Assembly (NCBI RefSeq): GCF_963921235.1
Contig: NC_086098.1
Span: forward strand, 121,272,001-121,336,000
Source: Mobula hypostoma
Taxonomy: Eukaryota
Direction of reading: 5' to 3'
Length of the DNA stretch: 64,000 nt
Shown: positions 14,055 through 27,451 of the stretch, in pieces
How positions within the stretch are numbered: the first letter of the stretch is position 1
How the letters are laid out: each line of letters starts with the position of its first letter
Notes under the pieces: model-generated
The model's input: the letters and a program-made list of their open reading frames with translations, nothing else
What the model was told of the DNA's origin: nothing
Database searches by the model: none
Translations under genes and position numbers: made by a program

Positions 14055-14499
14055 TGTATTTATATTAGCATCCTCATTATTATACTGCAGTTAATTTACT
14101 TATTCCTCTGTTCCTACAACTTGTCTGGTATTCCTGATCAAATTGTAGGGCTGGAAGTAAACTCGGAAGTCATCTTTTCTTGGAGCAAGCTGATGCCAAA
14201 TCTGCAGGGCAAATGTCAATGGCACTAGCAGGTTACTCTCTGTCAAATTAAAAAAAAACTCCTGAACTGTTGCTACTTTAAGCTTCAGACATTGGTTTGT
14301 GTTTCAGTGTTTTTTTAAATATGACAGTTGCATGAAAATATGTGGAACACAACACCTGCAAGGTAGCTGGGTCCTTTATTCCTTGTTGTCTATTTCACAG
14401 AAGTGTAAAATGAACACCAAAAAGCTATCTAAGGGCCAATACAATGGCATGATACCATAGAACTTTCAATAAATACTCTTAAGTATTTATTATGTGTTT

Positions 14500-15010
14500 C
14501 TTTATGTGGCTGCATTATGTCCTGGTATGGGAACACTAATGCATTTGACTGGAAAATCCTACAAAATGTAGTGGATTTTGACCAGTATATCATGGTAAAG
14601 CCCTCTCAACCACTGAGCACATCTACATGAAACATTGCCATAGAAAAGCAATATCCAACATCAAAGATCCTCACTTCACCACCCAGGCTGTGCTGTTTTC
14701 TCACTGCTGCAATCAGGTAGATGATACAACTGCCTCAGGACCCATTCCATCAGGTTTAATAACAGTTACTACCCTTCGACTATCAGGCTCTTGAACAAAG
14801 GGGAATAACTACACTCATTCTATTTCTAGTGATCCCACAACCAATGGTCTCACTTTAAGGTCTTTTTATCTTGTTATTTCAGGCATTTATTATTTATTGC
14901 TATTTATCTATATTTGCATTTGTACAGTTTGTTGCTCATTTACCAAGTTTACAGTTGCTGTCCTATAGATTTGCTAATATGCCCACAGAAAAAAAGAAAC
15001 TCAGGGTCTG
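14500..15010 (+). mobile_element. Rex1-like LINE 3' end/UTR
   Basis: ggctgcattatgtcctggtatggg (GCI..WYG) and the conserved 3' segment (caccatcaggtttaataacagttactaccc) seen in other copies. Confidence 0.55.
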
Positions 15011-15959
15011 ATATTTGAATTTTCTCCCTGTAATATCGAGGCTCAAACACTTTTAGTGTATTAATACTGGTCTTTTGAGCATTCCTCTGCTAAATCTTTA
15101 GAATATGCCTTTTAGGGCTATTCTTCCCAGTCCCATTTCCACTTCAAAGTTCTTTTTGATTAACACAGTACATTTTATATATACAGATGAAATGCTCATA
15201 TCTTCCTTAGTTCTCTTGTAAGTTACTTTGTCTAGTACTGATCGTTAGTATGTTTTCCCTTTGTTCACTGACTTCATTTTTAGAGGTTGTTATAGACAAT
15301 TTGTTAGATGTACTTCACTCTCACCTCACTTCTGGACTTTGGCTCATTTGTTTATGTTTTGACGAAAACTGTTAAGATCTGGAATTTTTGGTGAAACCTG
15401 AACTGGGCCCTAGAGTAGGTACACAGCTGCTATGGGATGCGTGGTTATGTAACTCTTAACGATCACACCAGAAGGGACGAATGGCTTAATACTTATGTTT
15501 TCTTTGTGGTTTGGATTTGTTCGTGCGTTTTGCGAAATCCCCAATTCTTTCTTATATTTTTAATGAGATAGTAATTTGAGCTTATCTTATTCACAGGGAT
15601 TTAATTAATTGTACGAGGAGTGGAAGATGGCAGCCTTCACGTGGCCCACTCTGTTAAGTGAGAAATCACGACTAATGCCATCTGTGGGGAGACGAGACAT
15701 AAATTCTTCATTCCCTCATCTGCACAATTCAACTGGCGTTTGGGGACACAAGTCTGAAAGCTTGTTCCAAGTTTCTGAAATAGCTGACGTAACCTGCGCA
15801 GTTTGTGTAATTTCAGGGGCCATGTCTAGTATTGTTGACGGCATCATTAAATTTTAATACCAGGTGAATAAAACTTTTATTATAGATATAAACTACTTTC
15901 ATGTGCCTGTCCGACTACCCTTAAATTTTGAGAGTGTACGGGTGAACCCCAAGTAAAAT

Positions 15960-16699
<740 letters not shown>

Positions 16700-17199
16700 C
16701 TTGCGTGTGTGTACCCGGCCTGAAACCGAGGCCCACTTCTCTCCCCACCCCCACCCTATACTTAACACCCTACTGAGGGAGGAGGAGCGGGGAGGCGGCA
16801 GGTTCCTGTCCATGAGTCCCGTCCCGCCATTACAGGACTGCCTCTGTTGGTGCCAAACGCCTCTCCCCTCTTGTGCTCCACTCGCTTTCCTGCTCCACCC
16901 CTCCTTTGTTCGTCGCGAAGTTTTATAGCTTAAAAGTTCACCCAGTTTGTAACTTAAAAGACATTTTTTTACTTTGAATTAACGCGGAGGAAGTTGTGGC
17001 GGGCGGTAGATGTGCGTAGTGACCCAGCGCCTCTGTAGCGTTGAAGCAGTCTGGTCTCTCCTAATGGTGAAAATGTGTCGTTTGAGAAGCAAAATCCCGC
17101 TTTCCGAAGCCTGGGTACTTTATTTCCTTAAGACAAATTATTTTCGTGGAAAGCTGAACACGCGTTCTGTACGAAATTCTTTGCAAAAGTGACATATTA

Positions 17200-17720
17200 A
17201 AAATGGAAATGAATTTTTGTCTGCAAAATGCTTTTGTTCAGGTCGTGGGGAGCGGAGCGTTGGTCGGTGTATCAGGTGAGTGCTCGGTCGGTCGGCCGGA
17301 GCGGCCCTGCGGGATCTCGTGGTGCGACACGTGGAGTAGTGGCGGGCCGAGGCCTGAGCCTAGCGGCCCGTCACTCCGGTGGGGGTGGGGGGCGGGTTGT
17401 CGAACGGGTGGCACTGCGGCGGGGCTGCAGCACTGCATGCCCACGTGTTGAGCAAATGGTTCCCTGGCCCGCCCCCGCTCCGGCTCCCGGCGGTAGTCCC
17501 ACCGGCGTGCGGGTCGCCATCGCCCATCGTGCTCCACCGACTCCTGGTGTGGAGGGAGGGAGGAGCCAGAGCGGGCCTGCGTGGCCGCCTCGCCTCGCCA
17601 TGTTATACCTGGAATCGAGTGCGCTCGTTTATCAGCTGCGTTGGAGTTCGCTCGCCATGTTTCCAGAAGCCTTTTTACATTCGGTGTTTACCTTTCGAGC
17701 AATTCATTAAAATGATGGCT
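17200..17720. promoter_or_regulatory. Second CpG island 0.5-1 kb downstream of copy 2, with a consensus splice donor
   Basis: Very high GC/CpG content; ttttgttcAG at 17240-17241 and CAG|GTGAGT at 17275/17276; duplicated CTCGCCATGTT at 17594-17604 and 17651-17661. Confidence 0.5.
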
Positions 17721-18519
17721 TGCGGAAACTGTACTTTTAACATTGCGGCATTCTAGGTTTTGGTGTTCACCTAATTTTAGTTAAAGCTCTTTTTCACATA
17801 TTGCTAATGTAGGTCCCAGGGTTAATTCTGCATGAGGTGGGAGCTACTATATTTTATCATTTTCACTGCCAAATTATAAAAATCTAATTTAAGAGGCAAC
17901 TGCACGGAGGAACGGACAGGAGAGATTCCTGCCATTCACATCTGAGAGATAGCTATTTTGTCAAATGTGACAATTTTTATAGCCTTTTTTTTTTGGAATG
18001 TTAGACACTTTTGCTGGATTTAAAATGCAATTACGTTTAAATAGGCAATGTAATGAAAAGCCAATAATAGCCATTGAATTTTCATTTTTGTATCCACTTA
18101 AAGCAGCCCCAACAAATGCTAATAAATTTGAATGTAACTTTTTATATTCCCTACTCTCAAATAATTAACGCCTCCAACCAATTTTCAGACATTCACATTT
18201 TGACATAAAATTGAAAGTCCAATCGTCGTAATTCAAGGCTTTTTGCATTCATGGTCTTGATCCAAGGCCCAAATCCTCATACTGGTTATTGCCTGCTGAC
18301 TTTGCCTAAATCCCATTGCCTTTCTGGCATTGGTGACCTCAAGGGACATAAAGCCAATGCAATGTGTACTGGTGATATTTGGTACAAATCTCAAGACAAG
18401 TGCAGCATGGTATCTACATGAACCTCGGTTAGCCTTTATCCACAATGGGATAATTGATAGGGCCATTGGAATAAAGGACAAGCTAGCAAAGTGGATTCAA
18501 AATTGCCATGGGATTAAGC

Positions 18520-19130
18520 AGAATGGTGAAATAGCACAAAAAATGCTGAGGAACTCAACAGGTAAGGCAGCATCAATGGAGAGGAATAGTTCATATTCTG
18601 GGTGGAGACCCTTTATAATAGAACATAGCTGACTGTGGAGGACAGCACTGGGGCATGAGGTGAGTGGTGGGTCCAAAATGGGATTGAAGAATATAGCAGA
18701 AGTTAGAAAAAAAATGGTAGCCACTGGAATCTTACCCAATCTTTATCAGGTCTCAGTAGTTGAGTGCTGTCTCGCGTGGTAGGACTGGCACTGAGTAGTG
18801 ATGAAGAAGGGGAATGTCTGGAGGCAGATCATGGGGAGGAATGAATGGGAAAGCGGGGGGTGGGTGGGTGAGGTGCTTAATGGTAGGAACCTGTTGCATA
18901 TGGCAGGACTTAGGGATTTGTGATTAAAGTGAACCCTATCCCTGTTATGGCAGGATGAGTGAGGGCAGATGTGTGGAAAGTACCGGAGATATGGGCAAGG
19001 ACAACATTGGAAGGGGAAGACCATTCTTTCAAAATGTCATGACATCAATCTTCAGGAATGGAAAGCCTCATCCCAAGATGCAGCAGCAGATGAAGAGAGA
19101 ACTTTTAGAGTGGTGGGAAGAGATACTGTC
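18520..19130 (-). mobile_element. Degraded Penelope-like element fragment
   Basis: Shares the aaatgctg(g)aggaactca...ggcagcatc...gagaccct head and the downstream purine-rich/ggaaagcctcatc segments with the Penelope-like copy at 59385-60500. Confidence 0.45.
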
Positions 19131-19239
19131 AAATTGGTTTGATAGTAGCCATCTTCAGTAGGAGGATTTGATGGTGGAATTGATCTTGATACAGAGGGCA
19201 AGTAGATTTTTGGGAGCAGGACATGCAGAACATGGATTT

Positions 19240-19850
19240 GGAGAAGGTGCAAACTGGCAGATGGAATTTATAGGAAGCTGTGGAATCATGCACTTTAGTA
19301 GGATTGAAGGCCTAGACTGTTTTCTAAATGCAAAGGGGCTTGGGAGTCTCTGCACAGGCAAATAGAATGTTAACATTGATTTTTGAGAGAAAAGTAATAT
19401 TAAAGGAAGCATGATGCCTGAAAGGGCGTAGGTCGTCTTATGAACGATTCTAGGAATTAAAGGCTTAATGTATGAGGAGAATTTGAGGCTCCAGTTCTGT
19501 GCTGGAGTTTTGAAGAATGGGGGAATTTCATTGAAACCTATCGTATATTGAAAGGCTTAGCTTGAGTGGACGTGGAGAGGATTTTTCCTTTGGTGGGGGT
19601 AGTGGGGCCAGATGGCATAGCCTCAATAGTTGTTGAATTACACAATTTCATTGCCACAGATGGCTGTGGTTTACCAAGTCATTAGGGTACATTTAAAGTG
19701 GAGGTTGATAGGTAAATTGATTAGTAAGGTTATCGAAGATTACATGGAGAAGGCAGGATAATGGGATTGGGGGGGTAATAAATTAGCCAGGATGAAATGG
19801 CAGAGCAAAATTCAATTGGAATCTGAGCTGAATGGTCTGATTCTGGTCTT
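19240..19850 (+). mobile_element. Degraded CR1 3' fragment
   Basis: NWQMEF...CGIMHF motif and CR1-type 3' UTR (ggagaaggcagga...aaatggcagagca). Confidence 0.6.
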
Positions 19851-20291
19851 GTGGGATAGAAATGTAACAACTTCTCAGCAAGGGAAATCTAATGGGTAAC
19901 AGAAATAACAATTTCACTCATTTGCAGCCAGTTGCAGTAATTGTAAGTTTTTAAGATCCCACCATAGACATCCAGGATCAAGTAATTTAGACAGGTAAAG
20001 CTTGCATGCTCACAAGTTCCGTGGGTGAATGTCTGAAATTTGATTTCCACAGGTCAGATCAGATTCATGACTGAGGTTTATTGTCTGATATATATGGCAC
20101 AAAACTTTTTGTAGCAGCAGTAGTGTGCGAAGACATGAATTCAAAAAGAGTTCAAAATTTTATCAAAGTACATGTGTCACAGAGACAGCCCTGAGATTTG
20201 TTTTCTTGCAGGCATACTGAGTAGGTCCAAGAAACAGAATCAATTAAAGACTCCACCCAACAGGCTGGACAAATCTAATGTACAAAAGACA

Positions 20292-20490
20292 TGGTAACAT
20301 AGTTGCTTGCATGATGCTTTACACTACAGGTGACACAACTTCAATTCCCACCACTGCCTGAGGAGTTTTGTCCTCCCCGTGACTCTGTGGGTTTCCTCTG
20401 GGTGCTCCAGTTTACTCCCACAGTCCAAAGACCTGGTTGGTAGGTGGGCAATGTGGCTCAAAGGGCATATTCTGTGTTGTATTTCAATAA
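20292..20490 (+). repeat. HE1/V-type tRNA-derived SINE
   Basis: B-box-like ttcaattccc, then V-domain-like tcctccccgtgactctgtgggtttcctctgggtgctccagtttactcccacagtccaaagac. Confidence 0.6.
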
Positions 20491-21799
20491 ATATAAGTAA
20501 TACATAAATACAGGAGATGGTCCATAGGTTGTGGAAACAGTTCAGTGATGGAGCAAGTGAAGCACTGGTTCGAGAGCTTGATGGTTGAGAGAACTGTCCC
20601 TTAACCTGGTGATGTGGGTCTTAATGCTCTTATACCACTTTCTTGTTGACGTCAGAAGAGAGCATAGCCTGGGTGGTGAGTGTCAATATACTTTCCACAG
20701 GAACCCTCTCAGTTGTATTGTGCAGAGGATTATAACTGGTTCCATCACCACCTGGTATAGAGGGGCCACTGCACAAGATTGGCAAAAGCTTCAGTGAGTT
20801 TGTAAGCTCAGGGCATGCCCTCTTCTCATTGCTACCATCAAGGATGAGGTTCAGGAGCCTGAAGAACTACCTCCCTTCTCCCATCAGATTTCTGAATGGA
20901 TAATGAACCCATGTACTACCTCACTCTTGCAATGTACTGCTGCTGGAAAGCAACAAATTCCCCTAACTCTGACCCTTTGTAAACTGGCCTTTTAAAATTG
21001 CTTAACAAATGCCTTGTGGAAATATTCTTTCTTTTGACCCTGCTTGATACTTCCCCAAAGAACTCAACCAAACTGATTTCCTTTTCATAAATTGTTCTGA
21101 TTGCATTCAGTTTATCTGAGTTAACTAGTAAATTTGTAGACTGCAGCATCTTCCCCACAAAAGATGTTAAGCTATCTGGCAATAGTTCTGCTTTTTGATC
21201 TCCCTTCTTGAACAAAAGCTTCACATCTGCAGTTTTGCACTGATATCCTCCCAGAGCTCTGCAGGATTTGAAGAGGAAAAAAATCAGCAAATAGCTTGTG
21301 CAGCCACTTGAACCTCTGAGACTGACCATAGATGGTTTGACTATTTGAGTAATTAGTTATTATATTATTTCTATTGTGACAGAGTTCACCTTGATCTAAT
21401 TAAGAGGGATGACCATTTAAAGAATGTAAGGATACCAGCACACTCTTATAACCTGCTTATTTCCCTTTTGGCAGTGTTTACCAACATTCCCAATGTTGTG
21501 CTCTTAGTGCTAATCTTCAATATCGCTTCCAAGATCCTTCTGCCATACTGCTTTCAGATTGTTACACGATTCACCCACAGAGTGCTTGAACATTTTATAA
21601 AACTGATGCTTTATGAACTTCCTGTGGTAATGTAAAGTGTTCAGTTAAAAAATTACTTTGTGGGCCACCGTTCTTTAATATGCTACTAATGCAATGTCTT
21701 ATTTGTAAATACTTCCAAAAATTCCCTTTATATACAAAGTTATATTTTCTCTGCAAATCCACATATGACATAAAAATCCTGTTCTCATAGAGATCACCT

Positions 21800-22540
21800 A
21801 CTGTATTTACACCTGCAATAAATCTGAGGCTATGCCAATGTCAAAATTGTGTTATTCAAATTCAGTATCTCAGTTTAATTTCAGATGGGTGTCAGTTGGA
21901 ATGAAGTATCTAGGGGTCAAACTCAGTCAGAATTTGGATGAAATAATCACTCATTATTGAGTAGGGTAAGAAATAATCTGGATAAGTGGGGGGCACTGAG
22001 ACTGTCACTCTGTGGTAAAGTCAATGTAGTTAAAATGGTCATAGCTCCTCAGTTTAACTATCTTTCTATGATGCTTCCTTTAAATATATCAGATTTTATC
22101 TACAAGCAATACAAAAAAATTATCAGTGATTTTCTATGGGATAAGAAGAAGCCCAGAATTAAAATGAGTAGGATGTGTATGTCTAGGGACATGGGTAGCT
22201 CAGTGTACCAGATGTCAGGGCATATAAATTATCCTTTGAAATGACCAAATTAGCTAAACATTGGGACAGGGCTGATGTTGATTTAGATTGGGTAATTATA
22301 GAATGGAGCCTGGCTGCACCACATTCTTCCCTTAACATCCTCTCACAACATGTGGAAAACAAGACTAATCTAAATCCTATACTATTTCACTCAAGGAGTG
22401 TGTGGAGTACAATTCATAAAGCCTGTAGAATGTCACATTTAAACCAGTTATACTCCTTGCTCTGGAATAACCCTGAGATATGCATTGGGAAAAGAATGGT
22501 GTACTGGAAAGAATGGAAGATTTGGCCAATCTTGAAGCTA
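21800..22540 (+). mobile_element. L1-clade LINE ORF2 fragment
   Basis: KYLGV..., LSLCGKVNVVKMVIAPQFNYL...FLWDKKKPRIK, LWNNPEI: the post-RT region characteristic of L1/Tx1-clade elements, distinct from the CR1/Rex1 copies. Confidence 0.7.
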
Positions 22541-23199
22541 ATATCTGGTAAATCCTCTGGCATAAAAGAATTGATTATAGAGGTTGTGGGTTCAAATCAG
22601 TTTGGTCTTTCAGATTCTGTGAAGGTCTCAGTGGATTAGAAAACCACAATTATTATGCTCCAGTCCATAAAAAGGAGACAGATCAGGAAGCTGGTCCAGT
22701 TAGCTGAACAAGTGTCGCTGAAAGATTGCTGGCATGTATTATTAAGGCCGAAGTAGTAGGGTGTTTGTAATTAAGCAAAGTCAGCATGGTTTCATGAAAG
22801 GGGGATTGTTTAAAAAAAATTAGATCTTCTTTGAGAATGCAATAAGCAACATGAATAATGGGGAACCAGTCAAGAAAATGCCATCTTACTGTTTTCAGTA
22901 AGATTGTACAGCAAAGGAAATAATTAGCATGAATAAAGGTTTGGCTAACAAAGAAAAAGTCAAGATAAATGGCTGGGTTGCTGTAATTTATGAGTGTCAA
23001 CACTGGGCCACATATCATTATAATCTACGTTACTACCTAGATGAAGAGACTATATTTATTCAAATTCATAAATTTATTGATGGGATAGGATGAATGTGAG
23101 GGAGATGCAGAATAAAAAGTCTGGGATATGTTCATTGGCTAAGCTTGTCAGAGTACAGTGTCAATTCCACTTGCCTGCATTAATTCCATATCAGTCCAT

Positions 23200-23545
23200 A
23201 TCCTTCTATGCTCACTTTGAAAGGGAGAATATAACTACAGCTGTGAAGATCCCTGCTGCACCCGGTGACCCTGTGATCTCTGTTTCAGAGGCTGATGTTA
23301 GACTGTCTTTAAAGAGGGTGAACCCTCGCAAGGTGGAAAGTCCTGATGGAATACCTCATACGGCTCTGAAACTTGTGCCAACCAACTGGCAGGAGTATTC
23401 AAGGACATTTTCAACCTCTCACTACTCTGGATGCAAGTTCTCACTCGCTTCAGAAAGGCAACAATTGTACCAGTGCCTAAGAAGAAGAATGTGGGCTGAC
23501 TTAATGACTATTGCCCAGTAGCACTCACATTGACAATGATAGAAC
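23200..23545 (+). mobile_element. Rex1/Babar-like LINE internal fragment
   Basis: FYAHFE...VRLSLKRVNPRK..SPDGIP, and the PVPKK...LNDY.PVAL region. Confidence 0.7.
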
Positions 23546-23582
23546 ATTGAGTATATTAGAAACTGCTGATCTCCTGGGATTT

Positions 23583-24152
23583 TAGAACATAGAATAGTAC
23601 AGGACAGTACAGGCCCTTCAGCCCACAATGTTATGCCGACCCTCAAACCCTGCCCCCATATAACCCCCCCCCACCGTAAATTCCTCCATATACCTGTCTA
23701 GCAGTCTCTTAAACTTCACTAGTGTATCTGCCTCCACCACTGACTCAGGCAGTGCATTCCATGCACCAACCACTCTCTGAGTAAAACACCTTCCTCTAAT
23801 ATCCCCCTTGAACTTCCCACCCCTTACCTTAAAGCCATGTCCTCTTGTATTGAGCAGTGGTGCCCTGGGGAAGAGACACTAGCTTATCCACTCTATCTAT
23901 TTCTCTTATTATCTTGTATACCTCTATCATGTCTCCTCTCATCCTCCTTCTCTCCAAAGAGTAAAGCCCTAGCTCCCTTAATGTTCTCTTCTATATTTCT
24001 ATTAAGTTAATTTCTGATCATAATGCGTACTCTCTAAAGCAGGCAGCATCCTGGTAAATCTCCTCTGTACCCTTTCCAATGCTTCCAGAACTGGACACAG
24101 TACTCCAAGTGTGGCATAACCAGAGTTTTATAGAGCTGCATCATTATCTTGC
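23583..24152 (-). mobile_element. CR1 3' fragment
   Basis: Tail tagaacatagaatag; reverse complement of PHLEYCVQFW (ccagaactggacacagtactccaagtgtgg). Confidence 0.7.
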
Positions 24153-24159
24153 GACCAAG

Positions 24160-24955
24160 ATAGTGGCAAATGAAATATCATGTTGGAAAATGCATGGTCA
24201 TGCACTTTGGTAGTAGAAATAAATGTGCGGACTATTTTCTAAATGGGGAGAAAATCCAGGAATCTGAGATGCGGATGCTGAGATGCTTGGGAGTCCTTGT
24301 GCGTAACTCGCAGGTTGAGTCAGTGATGAAGAAGGCAAATGCAATGTTAGCATTCATTTCAAGAGGTCTAGAATACAAGAGCAGGGATGTGATGCTGAGA
24401 CTGGTGAGGCCTCACCTTGAGTATTGTGAACAGTTTTAGGCCCCTCTTCTTAAAAAAAGATGTGTTGGCATTGGAGAGGGTCCGGAGGAGGTTCACAAGG
24501 ATGATTCCATCTGAGGAATTTTTGATGGCTTTGGGTCTTTACTCACCGGAATTCAGAAGGATGAGTAGGGATCTCATTGAAACCTTTTGTATGTTGAAAA
24601 GCCTGGACAGTAGATGTGGAAAGGATATTTCCCATGGTGGAAGAGTCTAGGAGAAGGAAGCACAGCCTCAGGATAGAGGGGCACCCTTTCAAAACTGAGA
24701 TGTGGAGAAATTTCTTTAGCCAAAAGGTAGTGAATTTGTTGAATTTGATGCCGCATTGCAGTTGTGGAGGCCAGGTTGTAGGATGTATTTAAGGCAGAGA
24801 TCAATAGGTTCTTGATTAGACATGGTATCAAAAGTTATGGGGAGAAGGCCAGGAGCTGGGGTTGAGGAGGAGATTTTTAAAAAATGATCAGCCATGATTG
24901 AATGGCAGAGCAGACTCAATGGGCCAAATGGCCTAATTCTGCTCCTATGTCTTAT
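24160..24955 (+). mobile_element. CR1 3' fragment
   Basis: KCMVMHFG, RPHLEYCEQF, CR1 3' UTR ending ctcctatgtcttatg. Confidence 0.8.
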
Positions 24956-25869
24956 GTTCCAGTTAGGTCATTTGACCCACTGAGTCTACTCCACCATTTC
25001 TATGGCATTGGGGACTGCATAGAGTACTCTAATGAATGTTTCATAACGTTATACCATAATCACCCTATGTTTATATTCTATGTGTCAGCTAAAGGAGGCA
25101 AATATTCCGTATGCCTTCATAACCTACTTAACTATTAGTGCTGCTGCCTTCAGGAATATTTGTATTTCTAATTGTTACAGTATTGTGTTTACACCTGCCT
25201 TATTAGTCTTCCCTAAATAATTTGCCTCATATTTTTCAGAATTTAATTCTATCTGCCATGCCTCTGGCCCATCTTACCATTCTATCACTATCATTCTGTA
25301 GTCTAAGACTACCTTCCTTGCTATCATTACCACCAATCTTCATGTCATCTGCAAGCATACTAATCATACTTACATACTATCAGCACAGTAGTGGAACTAC
25401 TGTCTCGCAGTTCCAGTCGTCTGGGTCCATATGGGTTTCCTCTAAGTAATCTGTTTTTGTCCAACTTTCTCAAAAATGTGAGGGTTGGTATTAATTGGCC
25501 ACTGTAAATCACCACAAATGTGTAGCAGCTGATGGGATCTGGGAGGAATTGATTGCAGAATAGGAACATAGTTTAAATAAACTTAGGCATTAGACAAAAC
25601 ATAGAAAATAAAATGGGATTATTGAAAATGTTTATTTGATGGTCGGCATGAACTCGAGTTGTTATAAAGCTAGAGGTTAAAGTCAGATATGGAATAAAAT
25701 GTGCATAAATGCACAAATACCAGCATGTATTTACAATGTAAACAGCATAATAAAAAGTGGTTTAAAGAGTATACAGTGCAGTGCTTTCTTTTTTGTTCTC
25801 TTCTTTCTCCTGGACATAGAGAAGTCCTGCATTGATGGTAGACCACTGTAGTTCTCTTATGTTGTGAGA

Positions 25870-26460
25870 GGATGCTGCAGTTGTACAGGGCCCTGGTGAG
25901 ACCCCACCTGGAGTATTGTGTGCAGTTTTGGTCTCCAAATTTGAGGAAGGACATTCTAGCTATTGAGGGAGTGCAGCGTAGCTTCACTGGGTTAATTCCC
26001 GGGATGGCAGGAATGTCATATGTCGAAAGATTGGAGCGACTGGGCTTGTATACACCAGAATTTAGAAGGATGAGAGGGGATCTGATTGAAACATATAAGA
26101 TTATTAAGGGATTGGATATGCTAGAGGCAGGAAATATGTTCCCGATGTTGGGGGAGTCCAGAACCAGACGCCACAATTTGAGAGTAAGGGGTAGACCATT
26201 TAGAATGGAGTTGAGGAAAAACTTTTTCACACAGAGGGTTGTGGATCTGTGGAATGCTCAGCCTCAGAAGGCAGTGGAGGCTAATTCTCTGGATTCTTTC
26301 AAGAAAGAGTTAAATAGAGCTCTTAAAGATAGCGGAGTCAAGGGATATGGGGAGAAGGCAGGAACGGGGTACTGATAGTCGATGATCAGCCATGATCACA
26401 GTGAATGGCAGTGCTGGCTCGAAGGGCCGAATGGCCTACTCCTGTACCTATTGTCTATAT
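25870..26460 (+). mobile_element. Young CR1 3' fragment
   Basis: Open 167-aa frame MLQLYRALVRPHLEYCVQFW...NFFTQRVV; CR1 3' UTR. Confidence 0.85.
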
Positions 26461-27061
26461 GTAAAACCAGGCAAAAGTGGTTGACGTGAGGATGCTGTTT
26501 ATGACGGTAGTGTAAGGATGGTTTGGGGAACATAGAACTTTACCGACTGTCACAAGAAGTATATCTCTTAATGAACCTTTTTGTTAATGAAGGACATATG
26601 GTTCTCCTACATCAGACATAGGAACCTGAATGTTGAAATGATGCTAACTGTAGGGTTGTTGATCAGAAGTAAGTGGAGAGGAGACACGTCTTCTATACTG
26701 AAGGGTTGTTGATCAGGAAGCTGGAAGATCACTGTTAATTACAAATGGTAATAGAGCAACAGAAATCACAGAGCCTTACAGCATGAAAACAGGCCTTTGG
26801 GCCAATCTGTGTTGCCAAGTGACCCAACCTCATGTGTTTGTAATAGGCCCATAGCCCTCTAAACATCTCTTATCCATGTAGTTCTCCAGATAGCTTTAAA
26901 CATTATAAATGTGTCCACCTTAACCACGATTTCTGGCAGCTACACACCACCCTGTGCATGGTAGATGCACCTGATGTCCCTATTAAATCTCTTGCCTCTG
27001 ATCTGATGCCCTCTTGGTTTTAGTAGCCCTGCATATGTTTTCACACTGTCTATGCACCTCA

Positions 27062-27376
27062 TTGTGGGCACGTGGCCAAGTGGTTAAGGCATTGGACTGG
27101 CGACCCGAAGGTTGTGAGTTGAGCCCCAGCCGAGGCAACGTGTTGTGTCCTTGAGCAAGGACATTTAATCACACATTGCTCTGCGACGACACTGGTGCCA
27201 AGCTGTATGGGTCCTAATGCCCTTCCCTTGGACAACATTGGTCTCGTGGAGAGGGGACACTTGCAGTATGGGCAACTGCTGGTCCTCCAAATAACCTTGC
27301 CCAAGCATGCGCCCTGGAGAGTGAAGACTTTCCAGGCACAGATCCATGGTCTCGCAAGACTAACGGATGCCTTATA
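27062..27376 (+). repeat. tRNA-derived SINE with 10-bp TSD
   Basis: A box TGGCCAAGTGG, B-box-like GAGTTTGAGCCC, central gttgtgtccttgagcaagg. TSD ATGCACCTCA at 27052-27061 and 27377-27386. Second copy at 61193-61492. Confidence 0.85.
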
Positions 27377-27451
27377 ATGCACCTCACAATTTTATATACC
27401 CCTATAAAGTCACTCCTCAATCCTCTACATTCCAGGGAATAAAGTCCCACT

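Noticed and set aside
17203-17756. Several overlapping 76-160 aa ORFs
   Set aside because: Expected from stop-codon scarcity in a CpG island; no homology recognised.
27062-27135. tRNA-like sequence (also 61420-61490)
   Set aside because: Head of a SINE with body and TSDs, not a stand-alone tRNA gene.
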